A stretch of 64,000 bases of DNA from Chrysomallon squamiferum (lineage: Eukaryota > Animalia > Mollusca), in NCBI GenBank assembly GCA_012295275.1, contig CM022670.1, positions 3,782,001 through 3,846,000 on the forward strand. Reading direction: 5' to 3'. The notes below the pieces were generated by a model. It was given only the letters and a program-made list of their open reading frames with translations, ran no database searches and was not told the DNA's origin. Below, in pieces: positions 32,311-46,297 of the stretch (its first letter is position 1; the number at the start of each line of letters is the position of its first letter). The translations under genes and the position numbers were made by a program.

Positions 32311-32702
32311 TGCAGTATGTGATGAAGAAACGCTTCCCTGCATCAGAGCTTTTTGCTTTTATGCTGTTTCCGATCTTGCTATCGTGTACAGATTTGCTAA
32401 AGAATTGAGGTTTTTTTTTAACTTATAAATTTATTTATTTATTTGTTTATTGCTTGTGTTTCATAAATTAAAGATTAAAATTAAGAACTACATCAAAAAA
32501 AAAAATAAATAAATAAATAAATAAAAACTCTCCATAACATGCAGACTTTACTTATTTAATTTTATAATTTTTGTTATTAATAGTTAAACTTTATAGTTAG
32601 GGATTGAAACATGCTATGCCATTTTATGAAAAGAAAATAACAACAATAAACTAATGCTACTGATATAATTAATACCGATTCTACAACAACAACAACAACA
32701 GT

Positions 32703-32758
<56 letters not shown>

Positions 32759-34448
32759 ATAATAATAATAATAATAATAAAAATAATAATAATAATAATC
32801 ATTATATGGCAACGTGGGTATGTCTTGTTGCTAATGATCAACGTCTGATTATAACAAACATATATTTAGTGATGTTTATCCAGTTTACTCCAACTGACAG
32901 TAAGTTAGGGAAATTTTCAAATAATGATATATTCTTCAACCTGCAAGTGCTCATAAAAACATTTTTGGAAATAAAATATATCTTACCTATTCGATCGAAA
33001 TATTTTTCAGCATTATATAATCGGCTATTGTTCTTGTTCATGAATGACGTAATGACGCTGTTGTGTATTCTGTAATTAAATTCCCGCATTTGAATTGTGT
33101 TTAGTGCCTCATGTAATTATCATGTTCGTGTATTATTGTTACAGCTGAATGGTTTATTATAAATAAGTTTTCAAGATTTGTGGTAGAGGTCTATTTTAAG
33201 AGCGTGAAAATTTACTTTATCTAATATAGTCAACTATTCTGTAAACGTAGGATCTACATTTTGTCTGTGCCTGTTCGTTCATCTAGTTACATAACCGCCA
33301 TTTCTAAATTCATTTAAAACTACAACCAATGAAAATATTTTGTCTTCACCACGAAGTCTGGGCAATGCAGAATATGAAAAAAGAAACAACTGAATTTAAT
33401 AATAATAATAATAATAATAATAAATTGCAAAAATTACCTAACATAATGGCAAAAATATATTTTAGGTTTATCAGATAATCTATTCTAGCCGAATGTCAAA
33501 TAAGATTGAAAATAAGTTTGTATTCAAGGCAAAGCTTTGTTTTCATATAACGTTTTAAAAACCATTACAGTGTATTATTATATTTTTGTTCATTTTAAAT
33601 CCAACCGCTGTTTCTGTTTTGACGTTGTTTTTATCTTTAAGTGAACTTTCAAAATATAACTCTCATAAATAGTGAGTAGCCGATTGAACTTTGTAACAAA
33701 CTGATATAATCATCCACAGCATTCTAGCTGTTAAGAATTAAATCGTCCGCAATCTCGTAATAAAATGTTATTTATCAGGAAATCCTTAAAATTCATTACA
33801 TGCGGAAACGTGGATTTTACAATAAAAATTGATTTATGGGTTTGTTGTTTTGTTTTGTTTTGTTTGTTTTTGTTGATTGTTTTGTTTGTTTGATTGTTTT
33901 TGTATTTGAGTTTGTTTTGTTTGGCTTTTTGTGGGGGTTGTTATTTTTTGTGGTTGTTGTTGTTTTGGTGGGGGGTTATTGGTTTTTTGGGGGTATTGAA
34001 TCTATCATAACTCACTTAAATGATTATTCACATCGATTCCACTAAGCACAAATCTCGTAAATTAAAATGAATGTTAAATACATTGTTATTGTCGCCTTCT
34101 TTTGGTAATATATAATTGTTCATTAACTTTGTACAGGTGTTTACACAAACAAACAATTTCTACGAATTGTTTGGATCTCTATCAGACAGGAGGAATTTAC
34201 CTACTATTCAAAATGTCAGCTTCCACAAAGTTCGATGATGTGTTATATGTTTTCTGAATAATCATTATAATGGTAAGAAAACTGAATGAATGTATATTAA
34301 AAGTATATTCTTCGCACATTCGGTAGATATTTATATTACTTTTATATTTTGTATAATAGATTGAAAATGTGCACATTACACAGAATGCTTCAATATGGTA
34401 ATGGTATTGTTCGGACTGCGACCGGCGGGATCCACGACCACGTAACAA
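32170..34448 (-). other. Candidate spliced transcript (lncRNA or orphan small gene) divergent from NFXL1
   Basis: Minus-strand exon-like segments: one ending at 34201 (AG|GTAAAT), 33069-32987 (TTACAG| ... TAG|GTAAGA) and 32243-32170 (TTTTCTTGCAG| ... CAG|GTAAGA). The junction phases are mutually compatible. No recognisable homology. Confidence 0.35.
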
Positions 34449-35378
34449 TACTATACGAAATTTGAATAAAGTGTTTACAGAAAAATTATGTGTTTATGTT
34501 AAAACCAATATAACATAGAAAAATAAATTTCAATTCATCTTTTATCAGCTATAACAGGTTTTGTTAGTGACCATTGAAAATGAAGTCCATCTTAAAATGA
34601 TCTTTCGGAATCTTAAGTCAGACCAATAAAAATTTTGATTGAATCATTGAATGGACGTTAAATATTATAATTATATTCGACACGCATGTAGACAGTAGTG
34701 TATGACTCATACAGACAATTGATTGAATATCATAGGACGTAAATTGCTAGGCCAGGTTGTACTTTAAAAAAAAAAATAATAATAATAATAATGAAGAAAA
34801 ATAAATAAATAAAATAATAATAATAATCATAATTAAACAAATAAATAATAATAATAATAATATTTTTTACAAAAATCCTAGTAATTTAATCATAGCTTAT
34901 AGTCAAACACTCATAACACTGGGATTTAGCCGAATATTTCTCAGTTCATCAAAATGTTAATATACAGCTGTAAATTATAATGATCTTCAATGATGTCTAA
35001 GATGTTTTGTTTTTTTAATGTCATTTAGTCACACACACACACACACACACACACACATTTCATAGTATTATAATTTATATGAAAATATTTGTAATACAAA
35101 TATTTCAGTATTATGTCATTAATTTAAAAAATCTTGGGTTCTAAATATCAAATTAAATAATAATAATAAATTTTTAAAAAAGAAAAGAAAAAAGGTAAGT
35201 TGTACAACTAAAAAACAGAAAACATGAAATGTTGAAAAATATAGATTATTACTTATTACCAAGAGAAACAGAACTTTAAATTCAGATATTTAAAGTGATA
35301 CATGTGACTTATAACTAATTTACTTGTTATTAACACAGTAGTCACATTTAGAGGTACAATGCTAACTGACGGATAAAC

Positions 35379-36833
35379 ATGGACTCCACGCCAGCATATC
35401 TGAAGGGGCGGGGCAGAGGCAGAGGGCGGGGAAGTTTTTCTCAACAGCAGAATGTTGCAAAACCAGCTTTCTGTTCTGAAACCTCAAGAAAACCTGGTTT
35501 GGTAGTAAATTCAAATGAAAACAACAGTGAGTTTTTAAGTGTTGACTGCAGTATTTTAATCATAATTACATTTTTATAGAATTTTATAACCGATTAAACA
35601 TTTTCAATAAATCATGTATTAGTATATTACACAACGATGTTTCAGTGGTAATGGTCATTTATATATGATTTATGAAACTAAAGAAAAATAAATATTTTCT
35701 GACTTTCCCAAGTAATCATTTTTATTTATTTATTTATTTTATACTACATGCAGATTATAATTATAATTTATATATTAAGTGGAAAAAAAAGCAAATATAA
35801 AAGACATTTTCTCACTACAAAATGAATATTTAATTTGTATATAAAGAAAAAACACTAAAATACAACAAAAAATTAATTTATATTTATTATGATTGTTGCT
35901 TAAAATATTAAATAGGACCATTGTATTATTAGCTGTAAAACAATACTTTCTCCAAACAAGTATTAGTTCTTATTTTTTGCTTCAGAGAGATTTGCGGAAG
36001 CCAGTGCAAAGATACATCAGTCTGTACAGCGCCACCTAGAGGAGATGGATGATAATGGTTTCAGTTCTGACGAAGAAGACGACATTGGAGACAATGTTCT
36101 CGACAAAGTTTTTCAAACCTACTCCCATAACTTTGGTAAGAAGCAAATACGGTAATTTTCTTACATCGTATTTTACTACTTAAAACTGTAGTTCTTCTTC
36201 TTTGTTTTTGTTTTTTGTTTGTTTGTTTTCTTCTTTTTTTTTGTGATTGATTTTTTTTTTTTTTTTTTTTTTTTTTATTTAACTCCAAAATATGATTCAT
36301 ATGATCTTTTAAAGATATAATTTTCAACTGTAATTTGACAATGTTTCATCAGATTATAGAATTTTTTTTAAAGAAATTTAATTTCTAATTAATTAATATC
36401 GTTGATTTTATTTTTATTATTCCTGGATGTTACAGCAGTTTACAACATACATAAGAGATGTCATGTAAATAAAGCTCAGATTAACTTAATTATCATGTCT
36501 TCTTTTATTTTAATTTTACTTCATTTTAAGAAGAGAAAGAAAGTGTTGATATTGACAGAGCCCAAGAATACCTCCTTCACTCATTCCGTTCTGGTTCATC
36601 TGCTTGTGTTATCTGCATTGAGTCCATTAAAAAGGAAGATGCTGTTAGTATAGGACAACAATTTTTATAATTAAATAATTAATTAGGCCTAATAACATTT
36701 AACAAAACTGTTCTCAGTTTACAGATTTTAAATCTATGACTAATATGAAAAAAAAACATTCAGTGATATAAGTTTCGTTTGAAAGGTTTCCTTTCGATAT
36801 CCAGTAGATAAATTTTCTTTTATATACAGTTCA

Positions 36834-36877
<44 letters not shown>

Positions 36878-39800
36878 AAAAGAAAATGTTTTGTGAGGAC
36901 ATAATTTGAGAATTTAATAACAGAAAGATTTGAACATTGAGTTTCATAATTTAAAGATTTTTCTATTTGGAATTTTTGTCTCTCTAACTCCCTCTCTCTT
37001 TCTTTATTTCTTTTTCTCTCTCTCTCTTGTATCTATAATCCATATCTACATCTGTTGATCTGTCTAACCTGTCTTATAGAAATAAAATTTTCAAACTGTT
37101 ATTGCAGTAGACTAAAGCTGCTTTTAAAGAGAAGCATCTTAAGACTTTCATCAACTGATTCACATTCCATATTTTCTCAATTGACAGATCTGGACCTGTA
37201 GAGGATGCAGCTGTATGTTCCACATGCAGTGTATACAGAAGTGGGTGCGCGAGGGAGTGTACATCCAAATGTACCAGTCAGGACAAGATTCCCCTTCTGA
37301 AAACATTCCATGGCACTGGTAAGTTCACTTAAGTCGTTACTTTTTATCACACTGATTTTGCTTCCTGACTATAATATCTTCAAACTGCACATGGTCAGTT
37401 TATTAAACAAACCAAAACAAGACCACGTAAGACTTGTAAAATAGTATCATTCTACTCAGAGATTTAGTGTATCAGATATATCAGAATTAATATAATAATT
37501 TGGATTTCATAACAGGATTTCATTAAATAATATGATTCCACATAATACAAGTTCAAGCATTTTCATTTATTTTATTTTTTAACATAAGAGCTAAAAACCG
37601 CTATTCATTGTTTTTTTAATAATTTGTTTTCTCCTGCAGTCCAAAGTGTCGACGTGAATACAAACCCAGTGAGTGTCCAACTCGGTATTTCTGTTTCTGT
37701 GGTAAAGTCCAGGATCCCAAGTTTGACGCCTGGCTTGTCCCTCACTCGTGTGGTCAGACATGTAACAAACAGCTGAAGCCAGACTGCGGTCATTCCTGTC
37801 TTCTGCTCTGTCATCCAGGTTTGTCTGCACATTTTGTTTCTTTAGTGGACGACACATTTTTTACAGCATCCTAAATATTGAAATAAAAAGTTGACTTGCG
37901 AGTTGTAACATCATTGAGTAGGAAAGTTGAAGGTAAAATATATTGTACCCGATACAGTGTTAAGAAGAGATTAATTTTATAATTAGAGGTAAAATGTGAC
38001 TGAACTCAAATTCACTATGCTGTCATCAAGAATATCATTTAGTTTTCAAGATTTAATTGTAAAATTTAGATTATCTTGTAATAATTAAATACCTTGCTTT
38101 GAATGGTAATGTCATATTTATTGTTATTTTTACCTGTTTCTTACACTCTGGAAATCTGAATTAACTATTAAATAGTGGCAGTCTTTGAACTGTTTGAATA
38201 ATATTTTATTTTGTTATTTTTTTCAAATCGAGACTTTCTTTTAATTGCATCTATCTGTCTCTGTGTATGTTCATTTTTTTTTAACAGTTTTTCATTTTTA
38301 AACATTTTTAAAATTTATTATTTATTTATTGTACACATTAATCTTTATTTTATTTTATTCTATTTTCAAAAATAATAAATGACTGTAAATTCTAATATTT
38401 TAAATAAATATTTATTGTTTTAACATGAAGAAAATTTAATTCTGTTTATTCTGTCTGTTGCAGGGCCTTGTCCACCATGTCCCCAGCTGGTGAAATCAAA
38501 ATGTTACTGCGGCAAACAGTCGCCACAGACGCGACGATGTAGTGCACGAGACTGGGCTTGTAACCAGCCATGTAGCAAAAAACTGTCGTGTGGACATCAC
38601 AGGTGTGAACAGCAGTGTCACCCAGGTAGCCTCGTTAATAAACTCTTTGATGTTTTTTTCTTATTCAGGTGTCGTAAAATTCTGATTTGTTGAAACTAAG
38701 CTATAATTTTTAGGTTTTAAAAAATTTTTACCCACCGATTTGTATTTATTTTATATTTTTCTATTTAATGTGTCTTATTGTAAACTAAATTTTTTAAATT
38801 TATAAAAAAAAAAAAATTATCATTGTAATTTTAATTTTTATTCTTGTATATCAGTGTTAGGATTTTGGGTTCCAGTGTTAGGAGTGTAAAAAATTAAAAT
38901 AACAGAATAATATGGATAGATTTATTATTATTTGTTTGTTTACTTAAAGAATGGTTTGAACAAATAGCATTAATAAATTCTACATATTTTTGTTATTTAT
39001 AGAGACTAGTCATTTCAGAAAACAAAATATAAAAATAAAATATTGATTTTAGACGGTGGAATGAAGGTGCTTCCATTCACTGTACCACTTCTCATTATAT
39101 AAACTAAAATTCTGTTGGGAAACCTGATGTGACAGTTGACAGTGATGATGCTGATGAAGGTAAATAACACAGTATTATGTCTCAAATTTTAACAGGTGAA
39201 TGTTCTCCATGTCCAAAAACCAGTGAACAGAAATGTTTGTGTGGAAAAAAGAAAACACTGAGACCATGTGCCAGTCCCAAGTGGCAGTGTGATCAGGTAG
39301 TTACATCTTTAAACTTCTTTTTAAATAAATAACTTTATTTTTATTTATTTTTTATTTTTTTTTTTTTTTTTTTCATTTTTTATTTATAAATTTGAGAGCC
39401 TTTCAACACTTAATAAAGGACTGTAATTTTTTTAGTGAGTGTTGTTATATTACTTTATGTATTTTTTTTTTTTTTCTATTATTTTAAAATACTTATTTAT
39501 TTGATTATTATTATTGCTTTTTTTGTTTGTGTGTGTGTTTATATATATTTTAATTTTTGCTGTTGTTACTATTGTGTGTTTTTTGTAGCCATGTGGTAGA
39601 ACTCTGCAGTGTGGTAATCATGTGTGTGAGACTGTGTGTCACACAGGTAGGTGTGGAGATTGTCCTCGGTCTGGGAAGAGAAGCTGTCCATGTGGTAAAA
39701 CAGGTCAGTCAGAAATACTCTCATAATATTTATAAAATTAGTTTGAAACAGCACCATGTCTTTGTTTCTTTTTTTTTTTTTTTTGTCTCAGAATTTTGAA

Positions 39801-39896
39801 ACTATTAATGTGGATAATTATTTCGAATGAAATCATTTTGATAATTTAATTTTTCTATTACAATATAATTGTTGTTGTTATTATCACAGTTATTGG

Positions 39897-39932
<36 letters not shown>

Positions 39933-42900
39933 TCTTGTTATTATTAGAATATGACCTGCCTTGTACTGAAGACGTGTCAACTTGTGGGGACACGTGTGGA
40001 AAGATGCTAGCCTGTGGTCATCATGCCTGTACTCAGAGATGCCATTTTGGTTCCTGTGGACCAGTGAGTTTCTGTTGTAATTTATAAAACAAAGAAAAGG
40101 AACAGAAATATTTTAATACTAAAAATTTATTATTTAGCATACGGTACCTCTATGACTGAGAGAATGTACATGAAAGTTTGGATTAATTATTTTCACAAAT
40201 CATATCGTTTTTATAGTTCTCCTGCCTGTAATTCAAAATACAATGCTTTGTGACAGATTGTCCATTATTTGTGTCTTGTGTTAAAACAAGTAAAAATGGA
40301 GAGAAATATTTCACAAGCAGAAAACCATATTAAAGTTTTTCCCCAGTAATTTGATTTCACTGCATTGTATTAATTTTTATACAGATTTTTTATATTAATG
40401 ATATACAAAACCTGTCTTAATATATCTCTTGATGTGTAAAACATCACATTAAATTCACAAGACATTCATATATTTATGCTGCAGGCCATTATAAATAGAT
40501 TTTCAAAATTTTGTCTAACACTGATTACAAAACAGACACCAATTGACTTTCAACATACAGAGATATAGATATAGATAAACTATATATATATATAACAATT
40601 TACTGCAATATATATTTTTGTTTACCATCCAGTCTTTTTAAATAAATAAATACATATAATATGGATGTCAATGAAATTACTATTTGTATATAAATATATT
40701 GATATTTCAAGCCATTATTATATAAATTTTCATATTACATAGATCTGTCAGTATTACATATATTTTCATATAGGCATCTATCAAGGGAACAAAAAGAATG
40801 GACATCAGTGACATGTACTGCCTATAATTCTTTTATATGTAAATACTAAATATACTGATATTGCAAGTAATTTCTACATAAAGTTTCATAAGATATCTAT
40901 CAGTGGAACATGTCAAGTTGACATAAGCAACATTTACTGCCTATGAGTACAGATATTGCAGTTACTTGTTTTTGCAACATCTGTGCATGTGTGTACTGTG
41001 ATGTGATAAATACTGTTAACACTTTCAGTGTCTGCAAGTGGCTCTGAAGAGCTGCAGGTGTGGTCAGCGACAGAAGGAGGTCCCATGCAGCAAGGAATAC
41101 CTGTGTGACATCAAGTGCACCAACTACAGAGACTGTGGAAAACACCAGTGTAAGAGAAAGGTATGCATTCTAAATCACATCTTTATTTTTTAAGTGTGAG
41201 GTCTTTTGTTTTGTTTGTTTGTTTGTTTGTTTGTTTATTTATTTTTGTTTATTTCAGTGCTGTGATGGAAACTGTCCCCCCTGTGAACAGATCTGTGGGA
41301 AGACTCTTGGTTGCAGAAATCACAAATGTGCCAGCAGATGTCACAGAGGTAGCTGATTTCACACAAACATATACCACTGCTTTTTCATGCACAAATTAAA
41401 TAAATTCTTTAAAATATAAATAAAATATAAATTTAAAATTTTTCAATGATGTTTCAGTTCATATTAACAAATTAATGTGTTATAATAATAGTCACAATAT
41501 AACAAATCATACATTAATTTTTTTTTTTTTTTTTTTTTTACTGACACCTATAAAATATTAAATATGAATTTGAAATGATGAAGATGGTAGGGTTAAGACA
41601 ATATAAGCTTTTTATTTATTTATTATTAAATAGAAACTTCACACATACATTCCCATTGACAGGAAAATGTATATTCTTTGGTACATATTTCTCAAACAAT
41701 TGTCTATATTAATTATTACAAATAATGACGATTGTTTTGATTTTGTAGGTAACTGCTACCCTTGCCCCCTCACTGTGGATATTAGTTGTTTTTGTAAAGC
41801 TACGACTATAACAGTGCCCTGTGGTCGAGAAAAGATCACCAAACCTCCGCGATGCAACAAAAAGTGCCAGTAAGTCATCACAGTTAAACCCTCATTTGTA
41901 TTTCTAGATAAAGTTACGTTTACAGTATGAGATCGGTTTGTTTGGTTCTTGTTGTTTTCTTATATTTTTAGATTATTATTTATTTGTTTTTTATTTTTTT
42001 ATTATTATATTTCTTTCTTTTTTTGTTGAGGGTGGTAATTTAATTTATTTTTAAAATAAATATTTGTTTAATTTATTAACTTATTTATTTATAAATAGTT
42101 TTTTATTTATTTTTATTTTTTTATTATTAGAATTTATTTATTTATTTATTTATTTATATTTTTTTATATTTTTTAATATATATATATATATTTTAAATGC
42201 TGACAACCAGTAATGGATATTTTTTATGTCATCTTGAAAATACACATAAAATTACTGTTGTTTGTTAATGTTTCTTATCTTGGAGTAACAGCTTGCCAGT
42301 ACTTCACTGCTTTTATTTATGAGTACTTGTCAGGATCACTAATTCTTTTTTATATTTATTTATTTATTTTATTTTTTTTTTTTAATAATGATGATGAATA
42401 AATATCTAACAATTATGTAAATTGAATGTTTTTAAAAAAATTATTTTAAAATGTTTTTTCTATATCATTTTAAATTTTAATTTACTAAACCATTACATAA
42501 AATTATTAAAATTTGTCCAGAATTCCAAGTAATTGTCATCATCCTTCGCGTGATCCTCATCGTTGTCACTTTGGAGAGTGTCCACTATGTCGACAGACCT
42601 GTTCTTTGCCTCTTCCAAACTGTCAGCATCTTTGTCCAGCCGTCTGTCACGATGCAGTCAAAGTCAGAATTCAAGATAATGTAAGTTACTGATACGTTTT
42701 TAAAGATAATGTAAGTTACTGATACGTTTTTAAAGATAATGTAAGTTACTGATACGTTGTTAAAGATAATGTAAGTTACTGATACGTTTTTAAAGATAAT
42801 GTAAGTTACTGATACGTTTTTAAAGATAATGTAAGTTACTGATACGTTTTTAAAAATAATGTAAGTTACTGATACGTTGTTAAAGATAATGTAAGTTACT

Positions 42901-45428
42901 GATACGTTTTTTAAAGATAATGTAAGTTACTGATACGTTTTTAAAGATAATGTAAGTTACTGATACGTTTTTAAAGATAATGTAAGTTACTGATACGTTT
43001 TTTAAAAATAATGTAAGTTACTGATACGTTTTTAAAGATAATGTAAGTTACTGATACATTTTTAAAGATAATGTAAGTTACTGATACATTGTTAAAGATA
43101 ATGTAAGTTACTGATATGTTGTTAAAGATAAATGTTACACGTTTTTAAAAATAATTGTCCAAAGGGAATTTCAGAAATGAATAAATGTAAGTTAGAGACC
43201 TGTTAAAAAGATAAAATATTTACTCTTCCTTTTTAAAGATAATATATATGTGATATATTGTTAAAATATATAAACTGATGGTTTTTTAATTTTCTGTATT
43301 TTTTTAAAGATAATTTGTTAAACTGTTTTTTTGTGTTACTGAGCTGTTTTAAAAATATTTGTTTTACATATACTTTTTAAAGATAAAATTTTCTACTTGA
43401 TAATTAAAGATAATGTACCAGCAGTGATAAATATTGCATTTTAAAGATCCTTGTTTTATTTGGAATAATAACTTTTAAAATATAACAATAAAATAATACG
43501 TTTTTAAAGATAATGTAAAAGGCATATATTCTTGAATGTTGAATGTTATTTTTTACACAGAAATATTTTTAGAAAAAATCAAAAAAAGAATGTTTACTTT
43601 TCTTATCACTATATCAGGTAATAGATTAAAGCAAGTTTGACATACATACTACAAGTTTTGCATAGATTTCTGTATTCTTCTGTCTGTCTGTCTGTCTGTC
43701 TGATATTTTTGCTTACCTGTGTAACATGGTTTTACTTCAGACTCCAAAAGCTGGCCCATGGGAAGGGAGAGTCCAGACAGTGGTAGAAACTGTGAAACAA
43801 CCATGTCCTGACTGCAAAGTCCTGGTGCCAGTAGAATGTAGAGGTGGACACGAGGTAAACAGTTTATCCATTATTTTGCATGTGTGTGTGTGTGCATGCA
43901 TTGGTACATGCATTCATACATACTGTGCATGTTCTTCCCTTTAAAATCATTATTTTACCAGATGTCATGCTTTTTGTACAGATGTGCATTATGTGTCCAA
44001 TATGGTTTACTGTGATAGTTTTATAACACTTGTTCATTTAGTATATGTAAATATTGTCTGAAGTTTGTACAGAAGAACAGATTTATCGTATTGCTAAGTT
44101 CACTGTTCACAATTTACTCAACCAAGATGAACATCTAACTGCAGTAATATAAAATAAATTATTGTTAAATAATAAAATTAATTATATTATTTTCATAAGA
44201 ATTTATTTTTCATCACAGACATCAGTGGTTGAGTGTTCAAGAACTATAGTAATGTAAAATAAATTACTGATGAATATTAAAATTAATATATAAATTATTG
44301 ATGACTACAATAAAAGTAACATGTTATTTTAACAATAATAATAATTTTTCGTTGCAGACATCGATGGTTGAGTGTGCTAAAGTTGAGGAATATTCCTGTG
44401 CAAGACCGTGTGGTAGAGAACTGGTTTGTGGAAATCACACATGCTCACTGGAATGTCATGTTGTCACAAATGCTCCGAGTAATCATGTGGTATGTGCTGC
44501 TGTGTTGTTGGTTTTTTTTTATTCCTTCAGAAAACGGAACATTTTCAAGAATATTTTTCTATTAATTTCTATGTTTATTTTATTTTATTTTATTAGAATT
44601 TAATAGAATTTTATTAGTTTAATACAAGACATTAAAAAATTGATTCCATTTTTTTTTATTTGATGGCTTCATTCCTTTATATTTATTTATTCATTTATTT
44701 TAGTTTTATTTATTTATTTTATTTAATTTATTTATACTCATAAATTAAGATAAACTTAAAATTTAAAATGTGAACTATCTATCTATCTATCTAAAAATGT
44801 ATCTATCTATCTATCTATCTAATTCTGTCAGGCTGGGAGTAACTGTGAGCACTGTGAGAGGCCGTGTGAAAAGCCGAGACCAGAAGGCTGTACTCACAAA
44901 TGTCTGAAACCCTGTCACCCTGGCGACTGCTTGCCCTGCACCAGCAGAATTCGAATGCGATGTCACTGCGGTGCGATGCTCAAACACGTTGTGTGTGCGG
45001 AGTGGACAAGCGCAGGACCTGACAGGAAAAATTCTATCAAATCTTGTGGAAATTGTTCCAAGATGGTAAGTTTGTCATTTTTGTTCTTTTTATGTTCAGA
45101 AAGACTTGTTTTGACTTCTCCTTTTTTTTTCTTTTTTTTTTACGTATTATTTTTGTTTACACACCCACACATATTTTATTTATATTATTTTAAAATAATT
45201 TATGTATTGTATTTATTTATTCCATGACATACCAAAAACCTTTTCTTTTCTTTTTTTCCCTTTTCAATTAGTTTTTTAATATTTTAATATATTCGTTATG
45301 AAACTGTGATCATAACTCAGTCAGAATGTTTGTAATTTCTCAAAAATTAATTGCAATGATTTCTTTTTTCTGGGTAGCAAAATTATTGTGTTAAATTATT
45401 ATTTAAATTTTTATTTTTATTATTGTTA

Positions 45429-45464
<36 letters not shown>

Positions 45465-46297
45465 TTTTTTTTTTTTTTTTTTTTATTATTATCATTTATT
45501 TTTATTTATTTTTTATTTTTATTTTTTTTTTTTTTTTGTAAAGTGCACACATTCTTAACATTGTTTATTTCACTTCAGCTCCCCTGCGGTCACCAGTGTG
45601 GGTCTGCCTGTCACCCCGGGGAGTGTCCGGATGCAGGCAGGTGTCAGAAGAGGGTCACCCTGAGGTGTAAGTGCAGAAGAAAGAAGACAGAGGGGATCTG
45701 CTGTGAGGTGAAGAACGGAAACAACAAACTGGAATGTGACGACGTCTGCATGAAAGCAATCAATGCCAAGAGGAAAGTAAGTGAAGTGTCACAAGTTTTG
45801 TTTTGTATGAAAAATGAGAAAAAAATACAATTTACTTGACAAACTCTCAAAATATTGGCTGTTATTAATAATTATAATATATACAATGTACATGATTATT
45901 ATAAAGATGTGAGTGAGATTTGGATCATCGTTCTTCAGAAAATAGATCTGATTTGTTGCAATTACTTTTAATGAATCAACTAAACAAAAATGGCAGTTTG
46001 TTGCTATTTTTGAACAGTGATCCATCCTTTGTTGTTACTTAAATTTGGATTTTTAAATTGTTATAGCAAGAAGAAGAGGCAGAAAATGCTAGAAAGGAGG
46101 AGGAGCTAAGGAAGCAGAAGGCGGAGCTAGAGGCGTTTGAAAGGATGACAAAGGGTCGCAGGAGGAAACCTCGCAAACATAAACAGGAGGTCGTGGAAGA
46201 GACGTTTTGGCAGAAGAACAAGAAGTTAATTTGCATATCTTCTGCTGTTGTTGTGATTCTTCTGTCAGTTGTTCTTGTACAAATCAATGTATTCTAG
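35379..46297 (+). CDS. NFXL1: NF-X1-type zinc finger protein NFXL1 (RING-like finger, NF-X1 zinc fingers, coiled coil, C-terminal TM anchor), about 875 aa
   Basis: 18 in-frame GT-AG exons: 35379-35526, 35986-36135, 36531-36643, 37188-37318, 37640-37818, 38464-38625, 39196-39296, 39589-39703, 39948-40063, 41029-41160, 41258-41348, 41749-41869, 42521-42680, 43741-43854, 44358-44489, 44832-45065, 45579-45776, 46067-46297 (2628 nt). Motifs: [47 protein letters not shown], repeated CGxHxCxxxCHxGxC, AGPWE. The hydrophobic tail [18 protein letters not shown] and lack of an R3H domain distinguish NFXL1 from NFX1. Confidence 0.96.
42673..43130 (+). repeat. 30-bp minisatellite (AAGATAATGTAAGTTACTGATACGTTTTTA), 15 copies, starting inside NFXL1 exon 13
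   Basis: Near-identical tandem units are directly visible. Decayed TTTAAAGATAAT fragments continue to about 43520. Confidence 0.97.

Noticed and set aside
32315-32400. Possible C/D-box snoRNA (GTGATGA)
   Set aside because: No properly placed CTGA D box or terminal stem.
42673-43130. 30-bp repeat array that superficially resembles a CRISPR array
   Set aside because: The units are head-to-tail with no unique spacers, there are no cas genes, and the context is a eukaryotic intron.
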